Below the pieces are notes generated by a model that was not told the origin of the DNA, searched no databases, and worked only from the letters and a program-made list of their open reading frames with translations. DNA of 60,533 nucleotides, counting the filler, from Asterionella formosa (taxonomy: Eukaryota): assembly GCA_002256025.1 (NCBI GenBank). It is 5 parts of 5 records of this genome, joined end to end, with 100 filler letters (N's around TTAATTAATTAA, not from the genome) between each part and the next. Parts side by side here need not be neighbours in the genome. Positions count along the whole stretch, not along the records: positions 36,418 to 48,425 come from NKIB01007957.1; positions 48,526 to 60,533 come from NKIB01007968.1; 3 more parts are not named here. The stretch is one strand, 5' to 3'. Position 1 is the stretch's first letter; each line of letters starts with the position of its first letter. Shown here piece by piece: positions 36,603-49,827 of the stretch. Made by a program: the position numbers and the translations under genes.

Positions 36603-37127
36603 GAAGAGGAAAAGTAAAAGATTCCGTGAATTACAGTTGCTAAGCTTCTATATAGCCTATCAAGTTATGCTAAAGTATGGGCAGACAAATTGAATTCTTA
36701 TTAGTCAGTTGGTTCAGAATCAACCAGTACCTTTATGGCGTAGTCTATTGTGCCTAGTAATAAAAGATTGTCATCATGAATTCTCATGACGAGCTCATAG
36801 TTCACTCTTTTCTTTGTGGTCATGGCCTTGTCTTTCCAAACTTTGTGTTGTCAGGACCCACTATATCTGCTAAAGAAATAAATGTAGACTCTACCTTCTG
36901 TTGGTACTCTGTACCTGATAGACTAGACTTGATGGTTTGAGGATTGTAATCCTTGAACAAAGGTATGATAGGGAGATTATCATATTTTTCCATATTCTAA
37001 AAAAGGATTTCAATTTAAAGTGAAGTATCCAACTGGAAAAGTATAGAATAGGTGAGCCTATTGTTCGCCTCTTTTACCTCGTCCGGTACCTGGTGTACCA
37101 GGTACCGGTATGACATGCACATTGTTA

Positions 37128-39480
37128 TGTCGCAAGCAAAATATATAACACCTGTTGACACAATCACGACAATACCATATGCCGCCGGACCCAGAGAAAC
37201 TATTTACCAAATAATTTTCTACATTTGTGTGCTCTATGAATTTATTTCATACCCTGGAAGATCCAGTAAAAAACACTATATACTAAAAAAGCCACACAGC
37301 GGTTTCAACCTACTTCATTGGAAGTCTGACCAGCTCACCAATTCAGAAATGATGAAAAATCTCAAAATATTTCCATTTATTTTATACTACCTGTAACCGT
37401 TATAAAGTTTCAAATGGAGAAGCGCTGCCACCTTTCACAGCAGAATCGCTGACTACCAACTTCAATTTGCTGACTGTGGACTTCTTGTTGCTAACTGCTG
37501 ACTTGATTTGCTGAAAATTTGAAATATTCGCTGACTGCTGACTTCATTTGCTGACTACTGACATGCAGTCGCTGACTGCTGACTTCATTTGCTGACTACT
37601 GACATGCAGTCGCTGACTGCTAACTTCAACATGCTGACGTCAAGCAAGCTACTTTGTACACAGGAAGAGACCAACTACCAGTTCCAGTGTACAAATCATG
37701 TTTACTTTTCATATTTGAAGAACGACAGAAACACATCTTTTTGTTGTTGGGATACTAAAAGCGATGCCTTCTACATTTTTTACTATTGGGAGTAACATAG
37801 ATATACCTGGTACTCCGTACATGATAATAAACTGTGAAATAGACATTGATGCCTGAATAAAATCATTGCTAACTTCTTCTTCATATTGCTACCACTATGT
37901 AGCGGTACTATCGTAAAAATGATGACTTCAACTTTCTAACTACTGACTACTGACTTGATTCACTGAAATTTTGGAAAAATCGCTGACTGCTGACTTCAAC
38001 TTACTGACTGCTGACTTAAAGTTCATTTTGACAATAAAACGAGTAACGGCTTAACATCTAGCTAGGCAAACAACTATTTAAAGATTTACAGAGTGGCGTA
38101 AAATTTAGGGGTTCGACAATTTTTGGGGGGTGTACTCCTGCCTTTTCTTGGAAGGGAATCGATGAACAGAAAACGAGCAACCTGCATGCTATGTGCACTG
38201 ATTACCAGACCTTCCTTTTGGATATACTGCTGGTAGCAGTTCAATCCATAGGTTCAAGTTCCAGCACATACATACATATGTATTGGTCACATGTATCTCC
38301 ACCATACTGTGTCTGTTAACCATGATATAATGACTCCACCAGAGGTACATTGTAATAATCCTCTGCTACTCCCCTTCATTCAAGCTGTTAACCAAGGTAT
38401 GTGTGCCACAAGATTACCCAGGTTTGCTGTGGAATCAATCATAAAATTTGAGCACATATGAAGAATTTTCTCATCAATTCACATGATTGGTTACTGCTGA
38501 GGTGCAATAGTCTCCCCTTTCTGCTATTCTGCTGCCATGGGACATATCTCCCCTATCTGTGATTCTCTGAGCATCTGTGTAGGCTAGATCCACCATTGCA
38601 GGGGGATATATCTCCCCCCCCTCCCCCATTTGAGGAATCGGCAAGCCAGGAGTCGGTGATGCTTGAGAGATGGGAAGACATGGTGGGGTAGCAATCAAGG
38701 AGGGTGGGTGGGAGATGTGGAGGCAGACCATGCAAAGAAGAGGATGCATCCAAGAGACAGGAAGAAAAGAGATGGAAAGATAGTAATGCCAGAGAATTCA
38801 TGCCCCTTGTGAGACTCTTATGGGCATAAGGAGTGCACCTGTTTAAAATCTTATGGGCGTCTTGAGTGTCTGTTTAAAACTCGGTACCGAGTAAGGTGTG
38901 TGTAAGGGGGCCACAATCAGTCAGAACCTCTGTTCGTAAAGCTGTGGGGAGGTCATTTGCAGGTCGATTCACACTGGGATTGAGTGCAGGGAACAGTTCA
39001 AAAGGCGTTCAACAGCCAAGAGCAACTGTATGCAAGCAAAAAGACGTTCAACGGTCAACTTTACTTGTGCGGCATTCAACTGCCAATGATTTTTTCTGTC
39101 AACAGGCGCCACTGTAGGAGGCGAGCCCTTCACAGGGGTATGATGTTCCAAGGCGCATGGGTACACAAGAGAGGTAAGGTCTGATAAACTAGTAAGCAAA
39201 ATATAAAACACCTGTTGACACAATCATGACAATACCATATGCCGCCCGCCAGGAGACCCAGAGAAACTATTTACCAAATAATATTCTACTATTGTGTGCT
39301 CTATGAATTTATTTCATAACCTGTTGGATATACTGCTGGTAGCAGTTAAGAAATCCATAGGTTCAAGTTCCAGCACATACCTACATACGTATTGGTCAGA
39401 TGTATCTCCACCATACTGCATCTGTCAACCATAGAATGACTCCACCAGAGGAGGTCATATGTTGTAATAATCCTCTGCCA
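37128..39480 (-). mobile_element. Possible internally deleted LTR element (direct repeats 37128-37255 plus 38216-38368, and about 39190-39480)
   Basis: Diverged direct repeats of about 290 bp; outer ends TG (37128) and CA (39480); minus-strand purine tract GAATGAAGGGGAG abuts the left repeat. No TSD seen. Confidence 0.5.
37256..38215. mobile_element. About 960-bp insertion with short TIRs and internal GCTGACT arrays
   Basis: Absent from the sister repeat at about 39320. Ends GGAAGATCCAGTAA and, as reverse complement, GGAAGGTCTGGTAA. GCTGACTGCTGACTTCA arrays at 37448-37640 and 37920-38020. Confidence 0.7.
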
Positions 39481-42033
39481 TTTGGGACCCTCCTCTGATG
39501 GCAATGATACATTTTTATTTTATACAATGAATACCGGTAGACAGGAGGACGGCTAATACTATGTAACGCTATCGTAGGGCGTACTCCCTCGTCAGCATAT
39601 GATACCTGGCTGTGGTACATGATACATTCTGTTATGATGTTATAAGAGAGTACTATCTGGTACCACCGGTAAAAAACTGCCTTCGCCCATGATGATTGAA
39701 TTAGGGTGTGTGCTTGACTCCTCCGACCATATGTACATTATATCCCATTTCAAACCTGTTTGTTCAATACATAGTGTCAGAACATCATCGTAGGAATAGA
39801 CACTGTACGAGTACATATTAGCTATTACACTGTACTGGTACCGGTACACAAAAATTATGCCCCATCCTCATTCATGTACCATTGGCACCAGGTACCTGGT
39901 GCCTGGTACTCGGTGTGCAGCAGCAGCAGCAGTAGACTCCTTCTTACCTACAGGTAAGGAGAGGAAGGTGTGAGTGATGGGACACCAACAGCAGGTGAAG
40001 GAGGGAAGTCTGATCTGCCAGTTTGTTTTTGGAACTTTATACTTGGGTTGTACTCCCAGCAGATCGAAATGCAATGTCACCTAGTTTTGAAACTAAGGCG
40101 GATGGTGACATCTGCCAGTCGACTCTGGTCTTGAAGGAGTTTTGATTCCTGACTACTAGTATTGTTGGTGGTAGCAGAAGCGACAAGTATGCAGAATAAA
40201 AATAAAGAGTCCAGAAATTCCTCAAATGAGGTGTTTGAAGAAGTTTTCAACAATAAACAAGTTGTTGAACCAACAGAAAAGATGCAGGATATGCAATGAA
40301 GATGTGTGGGAAAAAAAAACTATCATATTCCCATGATGCATCATAGGATTGTGATCATCTGATCATAATTTTTCGTTATATCATCTAATAATTTTGATAA
40401 GAAATGCCCTTGTAATTTAAATATTAACCCTTTTGACTATGTATATTTAATTATTATATGTATTGTTTCTATTAGATTTCTGTATTTGAATTTTTTGGTA
40501 GGCTAATGTACCAGCTAAAGTAATGTAATTTGGCTTGTCATTTCCATCCGTCATCACTCCGATTTTTGCAACAACAACGAAATACTAGCAATGACAAGGA
40601 AGTGGAATGATTGTTTGCGATAACGTCTTCAATTGTTGGTCAAGTGATCATTATATCTTTGAGTAATCGTCATGTGCAGCGAACCTATGTTCATAATCAT
40701 TCAATTAAGAGTTAACAGAGAATAAATCATTCAAACTGAATGGTTCCGCACACAGCGCAAATAGTAAATCCATTTCGTCGACCTCCAGTATGACAATCTC
40801 GCAAATCAACTTGTAAGCAAACACATTCTACTTGTTCTTGTTGACATTTTCAATTCTCACATGATCATACTAGCTACATCTACAATTGAGATTCAGCATA
40901 CCAGGAGATACGAAAATGTAACAGACTGCTGTCCACATAGTTATAGTAATAGAATGATTCTGATTACAATTTCTTTTTCATATCGCTCATTTCCGCATTT
41001 AGGATACTGTTCTTATATTCACTGTTGAACTTGTCCGCATCTTTGTTGCCATCAATAGGGCGACAAGTGGCTCTCATCATTGTTGTTTGCTCCTGGAAAA
41101 GTCGGAGTACGTGTCATCCTCATCAATAGAGGGACAAGTGTCCTTCATCATCGTGGTTTGCCATTGGAAAAATTGGTACCCATATCGTCATATGCTCGTT
41201 GGAACCACTGTCCGTTGCTTCAAACCTGATAAGCGTGTGTGTATGTGCACTGTCGACTTGTTTACATTACAGGAGTGACTTGTTAGGTACTAAAGTGCGT
41301 GTTATAATATCATACTCCGTAGTACGGTGCAGAATACTATAGTTCCCAATCATCTCATCATGATTGATAAGATGATAATGTGATATCACGATAGGTTTAC
41401 ATCGATACATACATCACCAACGTATGATATGTAATATTAAATAAAGTATATCACATAGCTATGATGCATTGATCATAGAACTGTGATGATTTCTTAAAAT
41501 TTTTATGATATAATTTTGATCAAAATATGATCATGTTAAAATAATACAATGACAATAAAATACGATGAAATATGTACTTATCGATACATAACAGAAAATA
41601 AATAAATAAATCATAATTATGTTACTTAATATATAAATTCGACTTTTAATGTATACAGTAAAAGCCAACCGTTAATATGATAGTATTACACGGTGGATAA
41701 GATCTAAGTATACGGATGTGTTGATATGTACATCACTAGAATATGATTTGTGATATGGATTGATGCATATCACATACCGGTATCCTCAACAACCAGCCAT
41801 CACGTTCATCGTCGTGTCGTTTTTCCTTGTTATAGCTGTATTTATTCCGGCATGTGTATTGTGTAAACACTACGCTGGCGGAACATGCATATTACACTTC
41901 TGTGCTCTGTTCAACAATTACTACACTTGGTTACCATCACACCAGCTGCACCTCCAGAAGCGCCGCAAAAAGCTCCTCGTTTCCCTTCCACTGTTTTACA
42001 TCATAGTCTTCTGGCCCTTTGACAACTTTCCAA

Positions 42034-43907
42034 ATGGCATTCCATGGATTTCATGCAAAGGATCAGTCAAACACCAAGAAACGTGACTTAATTCCATTGT
42101 TTACACTACACGACTTTATGTTTTCGGAAAAGAAGATGAAGAAAGTTATGAAATCAATCGAAGATTCCTTTGAATACACTCAAAGATCAAATGAATTTGA
42201 ACAGATTCATAATACTCCAGAAAAAAAATGAAGTATGCCGATACAATAGTGGCTGAGATTGAAAAGAAGGAAAGATTGCTTTCGAAGAGGAAACCCAAAC
42301 AGTTGGTCTTCGTGGATGAAGACTCTATTCGTACAGAGTCACAGTTCCACCATCCAGTGTCGTATTTTGCTCCTCATTCTCCTGAAATCGTTGATAATGA
42401 AGAAGAACTCAGTGATTCTCATTCATTTGATGAACAAATTCATGCGATGAATGACAATACCGGAGGAAATGTGGGAGACATGCATCACTTCTGAAGTAGA
42501 AATGGTTGAAAAGTTGCTAAACCAAGAAATATGTCTCACTATTCAACCCCTTTCAATTTTATAATCAAATGATCCTGAAACTATGATCATTTACTGTCCT
42601 GCTGTAGTAGAACAGTCCTGAACATATGGTGTTGCTCGCTTACTACTCTGACTACCCCCAGTATATCACTTCCTACCTGCTACTGGTACTCTCTATATAT
42701 TTGATAATATGTTATTGTCATATGATGTACACATGAAGAACTCCCGCCCAAAAAAGGGGCTTAAACAATTCGCTACCAAAATCCTTGCGCATAAATAATG
42801 ATACAAATGGGTTGTGACCCTAAACAATTGAATGGTCTACCGGTAAATGATTAGTTCCAACGGACATAGAAAATATTGATGCAAAAAAATTTTAAAAAAA
42901 AGCATCGGTACACTAAATTGTGGAAAACAATGGACATAACATGCATTGAATATTTTCGAATTATCTATGTGCAAATATGATCATCTCAACAATACTAGCT
43001 ATCAGATGTGCCATATTGTGAGTACCTTTGAATCTTATAAATTTATGACACTTGATATATTTATATATTTACAAATTTATAACTATATACATGGCGAATA
43101 TATTTGAAATCGTTCTGTCATGTTAACAAACAATGCCTGCTTCATGAAAAGAAATGTTGTAGTACAGCATATGACAAGGAAAGTTTACGCAATAACGAAA
43201 AACATTGTGGCTTCGACATATTGCGCTTCGAAGGATGGAGTATGTTTAAGGTAATGAAGCCATCAATGTGGTACTACTTGGATGACAATCGTTGGGAGGC
43301 AGGACAACAACAAATTGTAAGCTAAACGCACGTTTCCTTTTTTCTCAGTTGATTCAAGAGCTCGTTTCGCTTGTTGGGGAGCACCAATGTAAAACAAAAC
43401 AAAATTGGTAAGTGCTCTTGTCGTGGTTGAAATTATTCACTTCTGATGGAACATAACTGACAGACACGCCACTGTACCTTCTCTCAAAGTTAAGCTAACG
43501 AAAATGAATCGGTGCGTTTTATTCGGCAACATTGGAAACCTGAAACTTACTTATTCAAGAATTTAATGGCAATTTACTATTACAGACTTATGCAACACTT
43601 TCTTTGATTTGGCTGTGGTAAGTGAAGCAAGCAAGAGGATACAATGGAATGGCGCGATGCTGTGTCAGTGTAAGAACATGTCTAGCTAACAAGTCATTCC
43701 TTCTCATTGTTACTGTAACTGCATAGGGCAATAAAACCGATCAAACAACGGATTAGTCGGCGATTTCAGAATGACACTAACTGCAGGGAGAGAGACGAAG
43801 CACTGCTTGGCACAAGATTCAGAAAAGAGGAAGAAAAGGGCGAGACAGGAGCAATATACATTGAGCCGATTAGAGAGAGAAACGTTGGGTCGCTGGCATG
43901 TAGAATA
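42034..43907 (+). pseudogene. Decayed intron-containing orphan gene; whether the upstream ORFs belong to it is uncertain
   Basis: GT-AG introns at 43251-43348, 43408-43494 and 43618-43726 give a continuous frame with two premature stops. Frameshifted ORFs upstream at 42034-42494. Confidence 0.4.
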
Positions 43908-45389
43908 ATAGACAGCATTGCTAAATCTGATAGTTAAATTACGATCCATTTCAATCTATTTTGAACAATGCTTTTGATTAGAATTATGATCATGTTTAAG
44001 ATAGATATATGATGAAACAATTAACATGATAGAATAGAGTTTAGCTGATTCAAGGATGCGTTGTTGTTGTAGTAATAATTTACATCGGGCAATCACGAGA
44101 ATTGAAAATAATATGAGAAGATTAATGATGTTGATGAGTGATGTTTTTGATCAGTTGATATACATTGTGTGATGATAATGTTCTTATTATCAGTATACTT
44201 CAAGGTCCGTAAAATATTAATCAATCATCATAGTTATAGGATACCTTGATCATAATTTTGATCCAAAATTATCATATATACGAAAATCCTGTGCCACTTA
44301 GCGTACGATACCCTTGATCCTATATGCATGACACTTTTTATTTGCAGACAGAGGTAGGAGGGAGGAAGCAATTTTGTCAGTATTGTGGTCTTTCTGTTAC
44401 ACTAACAACTATTTGTTCTTTGGTAGGACAAAGTTGGAATAAGGTTTGTAAGGTGGGTAAAAATGTTACAAGGGTTGAACGTATAGAGTAGGAAAGGTGG
44501 ATTATTGTTGATTGGCAAAGCGTTGTGTGGGATATGGTGATGACTGCCCTGCTTTGAGCTGCGTTTTTTCACTGCCACATTGCAAATTGACCACAGATTA
44601 GATTGTCAATCAATTGATATCTGCTGATCATCACACTGGTGGTCATACACAGCTAGTATGTATTTAGGTTATTATTACACAGATGCATGATTTCATACTA
44701 CTGTAGTTACATTACTTTTCCACTATTTTTCATCAGCTATACAATACTGTAGTTACATTACTTTTTTCAATATTTTTCATCAGCAATACATTGATTGTTT
44801 TCACTTCATTTCGGGTATATGTGTATTATACATAAACATACCTACCAGTAATAGACTTGGTCCTCTATTCACTGTCATATATTGCCATAGTATATGCACT
44901 CGTGGTGACTCCATATTAAGTACTCTAAATATCTACAATGGTCTATTCCCCGCATACACGTACCCTGGTACCAGGTACCGGGTAGTACCAACCCAGTAAG
45001 TAATCACCGACCTATGCCGGGTACCAGTCGATAGGAGCAATGGTACCTGGTACTGTTACCAGTACCGGTATTGTCGTTAGCTTGGTGCACTCTACTGGAG
45101 TACTAGTAAACTACCAGTGCTAGCTTCCACTACGGATTTAACTGGGAGTAGAATTTTTACGACTACGTTCCCGGTAATATCATCGCTTGCCTACAGAAAG
45201 ACAGGCGAGTGAACGGTACAACCTGCAAGTTGCAGTCATTTTCTTGCTGAAGTGGACAACGTGACGAAAGACAGGCGCTCAAAACGACTACCGGGTAAAC
45301 AGAGAACGTCACCAATTCTCTCTTTGAGTCGACAGTATCACGACTTGCTAGTCACGCAAATAATTTTTTTCATAACACGAAAACGTGAA

Positions 45390-45865
45390 AACGAGGCAAA
45401 TGGCTGAAAAAGAAAATGACAATGACTAGTGAAATAGAGGGGTGGCCCGAAGCAAAAGTAAGCACAGGTTAAAAAAGTCTTGCTCACATTACTTTATTCT
45501 CTCCAAACTCAAAGTCGTTCTCCTTTTCCCGCCGAAGTGATGAAAAAACACAATCATGAACGGTTCTATATCAATCAGGATTTGAAATATTTGCATGCTA
45601 GCATCATCATATGTAACAACCAATGGTACCCGATATGACTATTATACAATTCCAACTGTATACATGCCAGTGACTGGACTCATGCTGCTTAGGGTACCAG
45701 CAAGTTGCGGACATTTTGCTTAATAATCAATTAAATTTGCGATAAAGACAGCTTAAGCTTTAGTTTTAAAAAAATTACCACAACTTGCAGGTACCCAAGG
45801 TAACACTTGTAAGCTCTTGTATATATCAGTAATTATTTAGCTTAGATTATTCGATTCATTTCTAT
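45390..45865 (+). repeat. Dispersed non-coding repeat; second copy at about 48925-49290
   Basis: Shared blocks GAAATAGAGGGGTG, GCAAAAGTAAGCA, ATGAACGGTTCTA and TAATTATTTAGCTTAGA in the same order. Confidence 0.85.
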
Positions 45866-46265
45866 GTATATTATATATTTACCGGTATAGCACTACAGAG
45901 TAATTGTGTAAAAGTATCACATGAGTGGCTGGAGTATGCATGGGGCATGACGAAATTAACAAATAACACCATGAACAATGAGAACGATGCTTTGCTATTG
46001 TTGGCTATACTTATATTAAGCACAATGTAGAAAATACAATTGTAAAAGAATAGTTGTAATAACTCTTATATTGACAAAGAAAATTGAAATAGCCGATAGT
46101 GCATCTTTTAATGAATTTTATAGATTAACAGTTCAAAACGACAATTCTATCAGCAGATTTGACACTTTCACAGTAGCTGCACAACGATGACAAAGACGAC
46201 AAAAACAACATGACTCATGAAAGCAAAAGATGTAAAACAAATTTTTTTATCAGCTTAGATTTGAT

Positions 46266-47319
46266 TGCTGAAGGCAAGACATGCCTGAGGTGGCTGGTCT
46301 CTTGCCTGCGAGTGTACATGTGTTCCGGCGCTGCAAGAACATCACCCTACGAGCGCCATCCCAGCCAAGTAAACATGAATACAAGAAAGCAAATAGCCAC
46401 CAAGAAGGGTATTGTTGAGGCAATTCACAAACTAGCTATCGTTGCACCATTCCCTCACCTACTGTTGCCCACTCATTGAGCGTGAATGTCATTTTTAGCT
46501 TCTTGCTATATATAGCCCATCAGCATGTAAAATATTTTGTTTATTTCCTATCTTCACATAAAATCTTACCTAGGTCCGATATTGCCCATCATTTAGATAT
46601 ATTTTTTATATTTCATATGTTCGCAATTTGGCAAGACAATTTACACCAATTGCCCCTCGGTTTTTCAGCCCTGGGATTGCTGAAATTGGCAAGAGATCTT
46701 CAAATGGAAACCATTTTATATGCAATACAGATTTGAATTAAATATATCAAGTATTCACCTCATCTTTGTTTGTCGCCTGAGAACGGACTCTCCAGCAATT
46801 CACCTTTCACCATGCTGATCATCGTCCATCATGTCCAGTCTGAAGCGACATGGTGAGTTCATTGATGATACCAGTGGCGGTTCCTTGTTAATCGGATGCG
46901 GTTGGTTGTTGGATTGCTTTTCTCCTCGTGAGATTCATGTACTCGCATTGTCCATGTTTCTTTGGATGAACAATTATATTGGCATCTTTGATAAATGTTG
47001 GTTGGAAGTTTTTGCTTTGGTCATTTATGTGCTCAACGGATAATCTAGTCATATAGCCTACATACATATGCAGTACTAAAAACAACCATGCATGGTTTAA
47101 GCTAAACTTTAATGCTTACTTTAAACACCCTGTTATAATATACATGCTTTACACTTGGTATTATCCTCATGAGATCAAATTATTTGCTTCACATATTCAT
47201 TGATTTTATTTATGCCCGATTTCATCCTTACAATTATACTTATCACTCAGCTCTGCCTGCCATTGCTGAATTCAAGCTTGCAATAGGGACCTTTCTACTT
47301 TCGATAAATCCCATCGTCT
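46266..47319 (+). mobile_element. Older, truncated non-autonomous copy of the Crypton-like family
   Basis: Begins TGCTGAAGGCAA; collinear with the reverse complement of 910-1910, with many CpG-type transitions. Confidence 0.85.
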
Positions 47320-47986
47320 GATGAGTTGTCGTTTGGTATACTTTCTACGGTTGTTGCACTTACATGGACCATGCCACCAGATGTTTAACGGTTACAATCC
47401 TCAAAACGAGCATACCGTCATTTTCTTCCTTCCCACCATTGCAACTTTTGGGGTTGCGCATTCCATAATTGAACACAAGTTGCCGTTGTTATACCGGTAC
47501 TCTTATATCGTACTTTTTACGTATGTTGAGAATAGATGGTCCGAAGAAAAATGGGTCCTCATGCGTCTGCATGCATTTTGCTCGAGATGAGCAAAAGTTC
47601 AAGTCGAAAAACGTAGTTGCCAATTTTACCATAATCTTTCTATATATAATGTATTCATGATCCTGGAGCTTAGAGCAAGCCGCACAATAGGGCAATTGAA
47701 GCGGCGAAAATCGTAGCAGTCAAAATGGCCCAGGATAAATTTGAATTATCGATGCAACTGTTACTAGACAGAGGGAGTACCAGGTACCATGTACCGGTAC
47801 CAGTACCAGGATCAGGTGTGTTAGGTGCACAAGCAAGCTCCCTTGTTCCTACCGGTATGCAATAAAAAGATTGTCATGCCTCATGCCTTTTTGATCATTT
47901 CTGCTTCAATTCACATTTGTTCTGCTCAGCCATATATATAAAGAAAGCCGCTCGTGCCACCTTTTCCTCTTCCACCCAGCCGCAAC

Positions 47987-48425
47987 ATGTCGAAGCCAAA
48001 ACCGGACCTTTCAAAGGAAGCAACTCACTGGATTGCTCCCATGACGGCAACACAAAAATCGCAAGTCAACTTGACTGAAGAGTGGCGGCGCCACAATTTG
48101 ATGCAGCTCAGAAGCATGCTACAGGATCATCGCAAGGAGTGGGTAGACGCATTGCACCAAGATCTTGGCAAGGATGTATGCGAAGCCCTTTGGACTGAAG
48201 TGCTGTTGACCATAAAGGACATTGACCACACCTTGGCTCATCTCAAGAAATGGATGAAGCCTCAATTCGTGGCAGGACCGGGATACAACGCTATAGGATT
48301 TGCGCAGGTTGAGCGCCGTCCGCTTCGGTCTCCCGGTGTCCTTGTCATTGGGCCTTCCAACTATCCCCTACAACTTACCATCATGCCTGTGGCTGGATCA
48401 TTGGCGGGAGGCAACCCCACTGTTA
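47987..48425 (+). CDS. Aldehyde dehydrogenase (ALDH3 / fatty-aldehyde type), 5' part
   Basis: EWRRHNLMQLRSML, ALHQDLGK, LKKWMKP, PGVLVIGPSNYPLQL..P.AGSLAGGN; runs into the gap. Confidence 0.9.
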
Positions 48426-48525
48426 NNNNNNNNNNNNNNNNNNNNNNNNNNNNNNNNNNNNNNNNNNNNTTAATTAATTAANNNNNNNNNNNNNNNNNNN
48501 NNNNNNNNNNNNNNNNNNNNNNNNN
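48426..48525. other. Artificial contig linker
   Basis: 100-bp N linker with TTAATTAATTAA. Confidence 0.99.
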
Positions 48526-48924
48526 GTGAAGTATTTCAAATAATTATGTGAAGTATTTCAAATAATTATGTGAACGTGATCACATAATATAGTGATGATC
48601 AGGAATGCATGCATGATACTTTGATCAAATATTTAACGTGATGTATTCAGATAATATATAGATATATTCAACTACGTATTTTGATGTATTCAACTAATTC
48701 ATGTGATGCATTCAAAATCAACTAGGCTTATTTATGTGATGGTCACTTCACGTAATACGCGGCTTAGATGTGAGCTCCCTGGATATGGAACAGTATGGTA
48801 CAATGCAAATGGAATCGCTAATATCAACAAGGCTACTGAGTCACTTATGATAGCTTGGAAGAAAATGCTTTTCATGGCTACAAATCAGATGGAACTGTTC
48901 GAAATTGAAGTAGAAAACCAACAT

Positions 48925-49290
48925 GAAAATGAAGAAAGGCAGCCAATGACTGGGGAAATAGAGGGGTGACCCAAAGCAAAAGTAAGCAAATCTTGCTGAT
49001 GTTGCTTTATTTTCTCCTAACTCAAAATTGTTCCCTTTATCCGGCCAAAGTGATGAAAACAACCAATAATGAACGGTTCTACCAGTAATATCAATTAGGA
49101 TTTCAAATATAGTGTGTCATCATAGGTAACAACTAGTGGTACCAGGGTACCCGATAGAACCACGTATTATGCCATACCACAGTAGAATGCATGCTGGTTG
49201 ATGCTTGCACTTGCTGCTCTGGGAAACCGAAGTAGCAGTTGTAAGCGCATGTTTTTAATTATTTAGCTTAGACTATTCAATATTTTCTGC
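48925..49290 (+). repeat. Second copy of the dispersed repeat at 45390-45865
   Basis: Same blocks as 45390-45865; differs by short TA-bounded insertions. Confidence 0.85.
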
Positions 49291-49827
49291 AAATAATACC
49301 GATACCGGTCGTAGTTGATGGCCGAAACATCATGATTTGCTTACGCCATTGCTTACGTCACCTGACGCCAACCAGATTGTCCATATTCTTTCACTTCGAC
49401 ACGTTACAAATGTGCTTTTATGTCACACTCTCGGAATTCCGTACGCCTTAGGTACACATGCTAGTAGAGTGTATTGTGGAACGCATCACCACTGTGCAAG
49501 GGGTATTCTTCATTCGTGGCAGTCCTCGCCACTTGCTTGATCGCTGAAATCTGCCTCCGACTCGTTGCACTCTGCGGCAAGCCTAATTTCCACCATCGGA
49601 CTAACCGGTACGGTAATACACTTTGTTGCCTATCAAATACAGGCAGTCTTATTAGAAACCCCGACCGTTGATCCCCATGGGGTCAAGAAATGTTGATTGA
49701 CATCACTCACCAATCATTGGCACCTTGGAGTAGGCTGATTTGTCCAAGTGGTTCGATCTTTTATTAACCGAAACTAGACTGCCGAACTACCGATTGTAGC
49801 GGACTCTATCAAAGTATTGATCAAGCC

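Noticed and set aside
37448..38020. CRISPR-like array
   Set aside because: Degenerate 7-mer-based tandem units without unique spacers; eukaryotic context, no cas genes.
48526..48573. 22-bp tandem duplication at the contig start
   Set aside because: Two copies at a contig edge; possibly an assembly artefact and uninformative.
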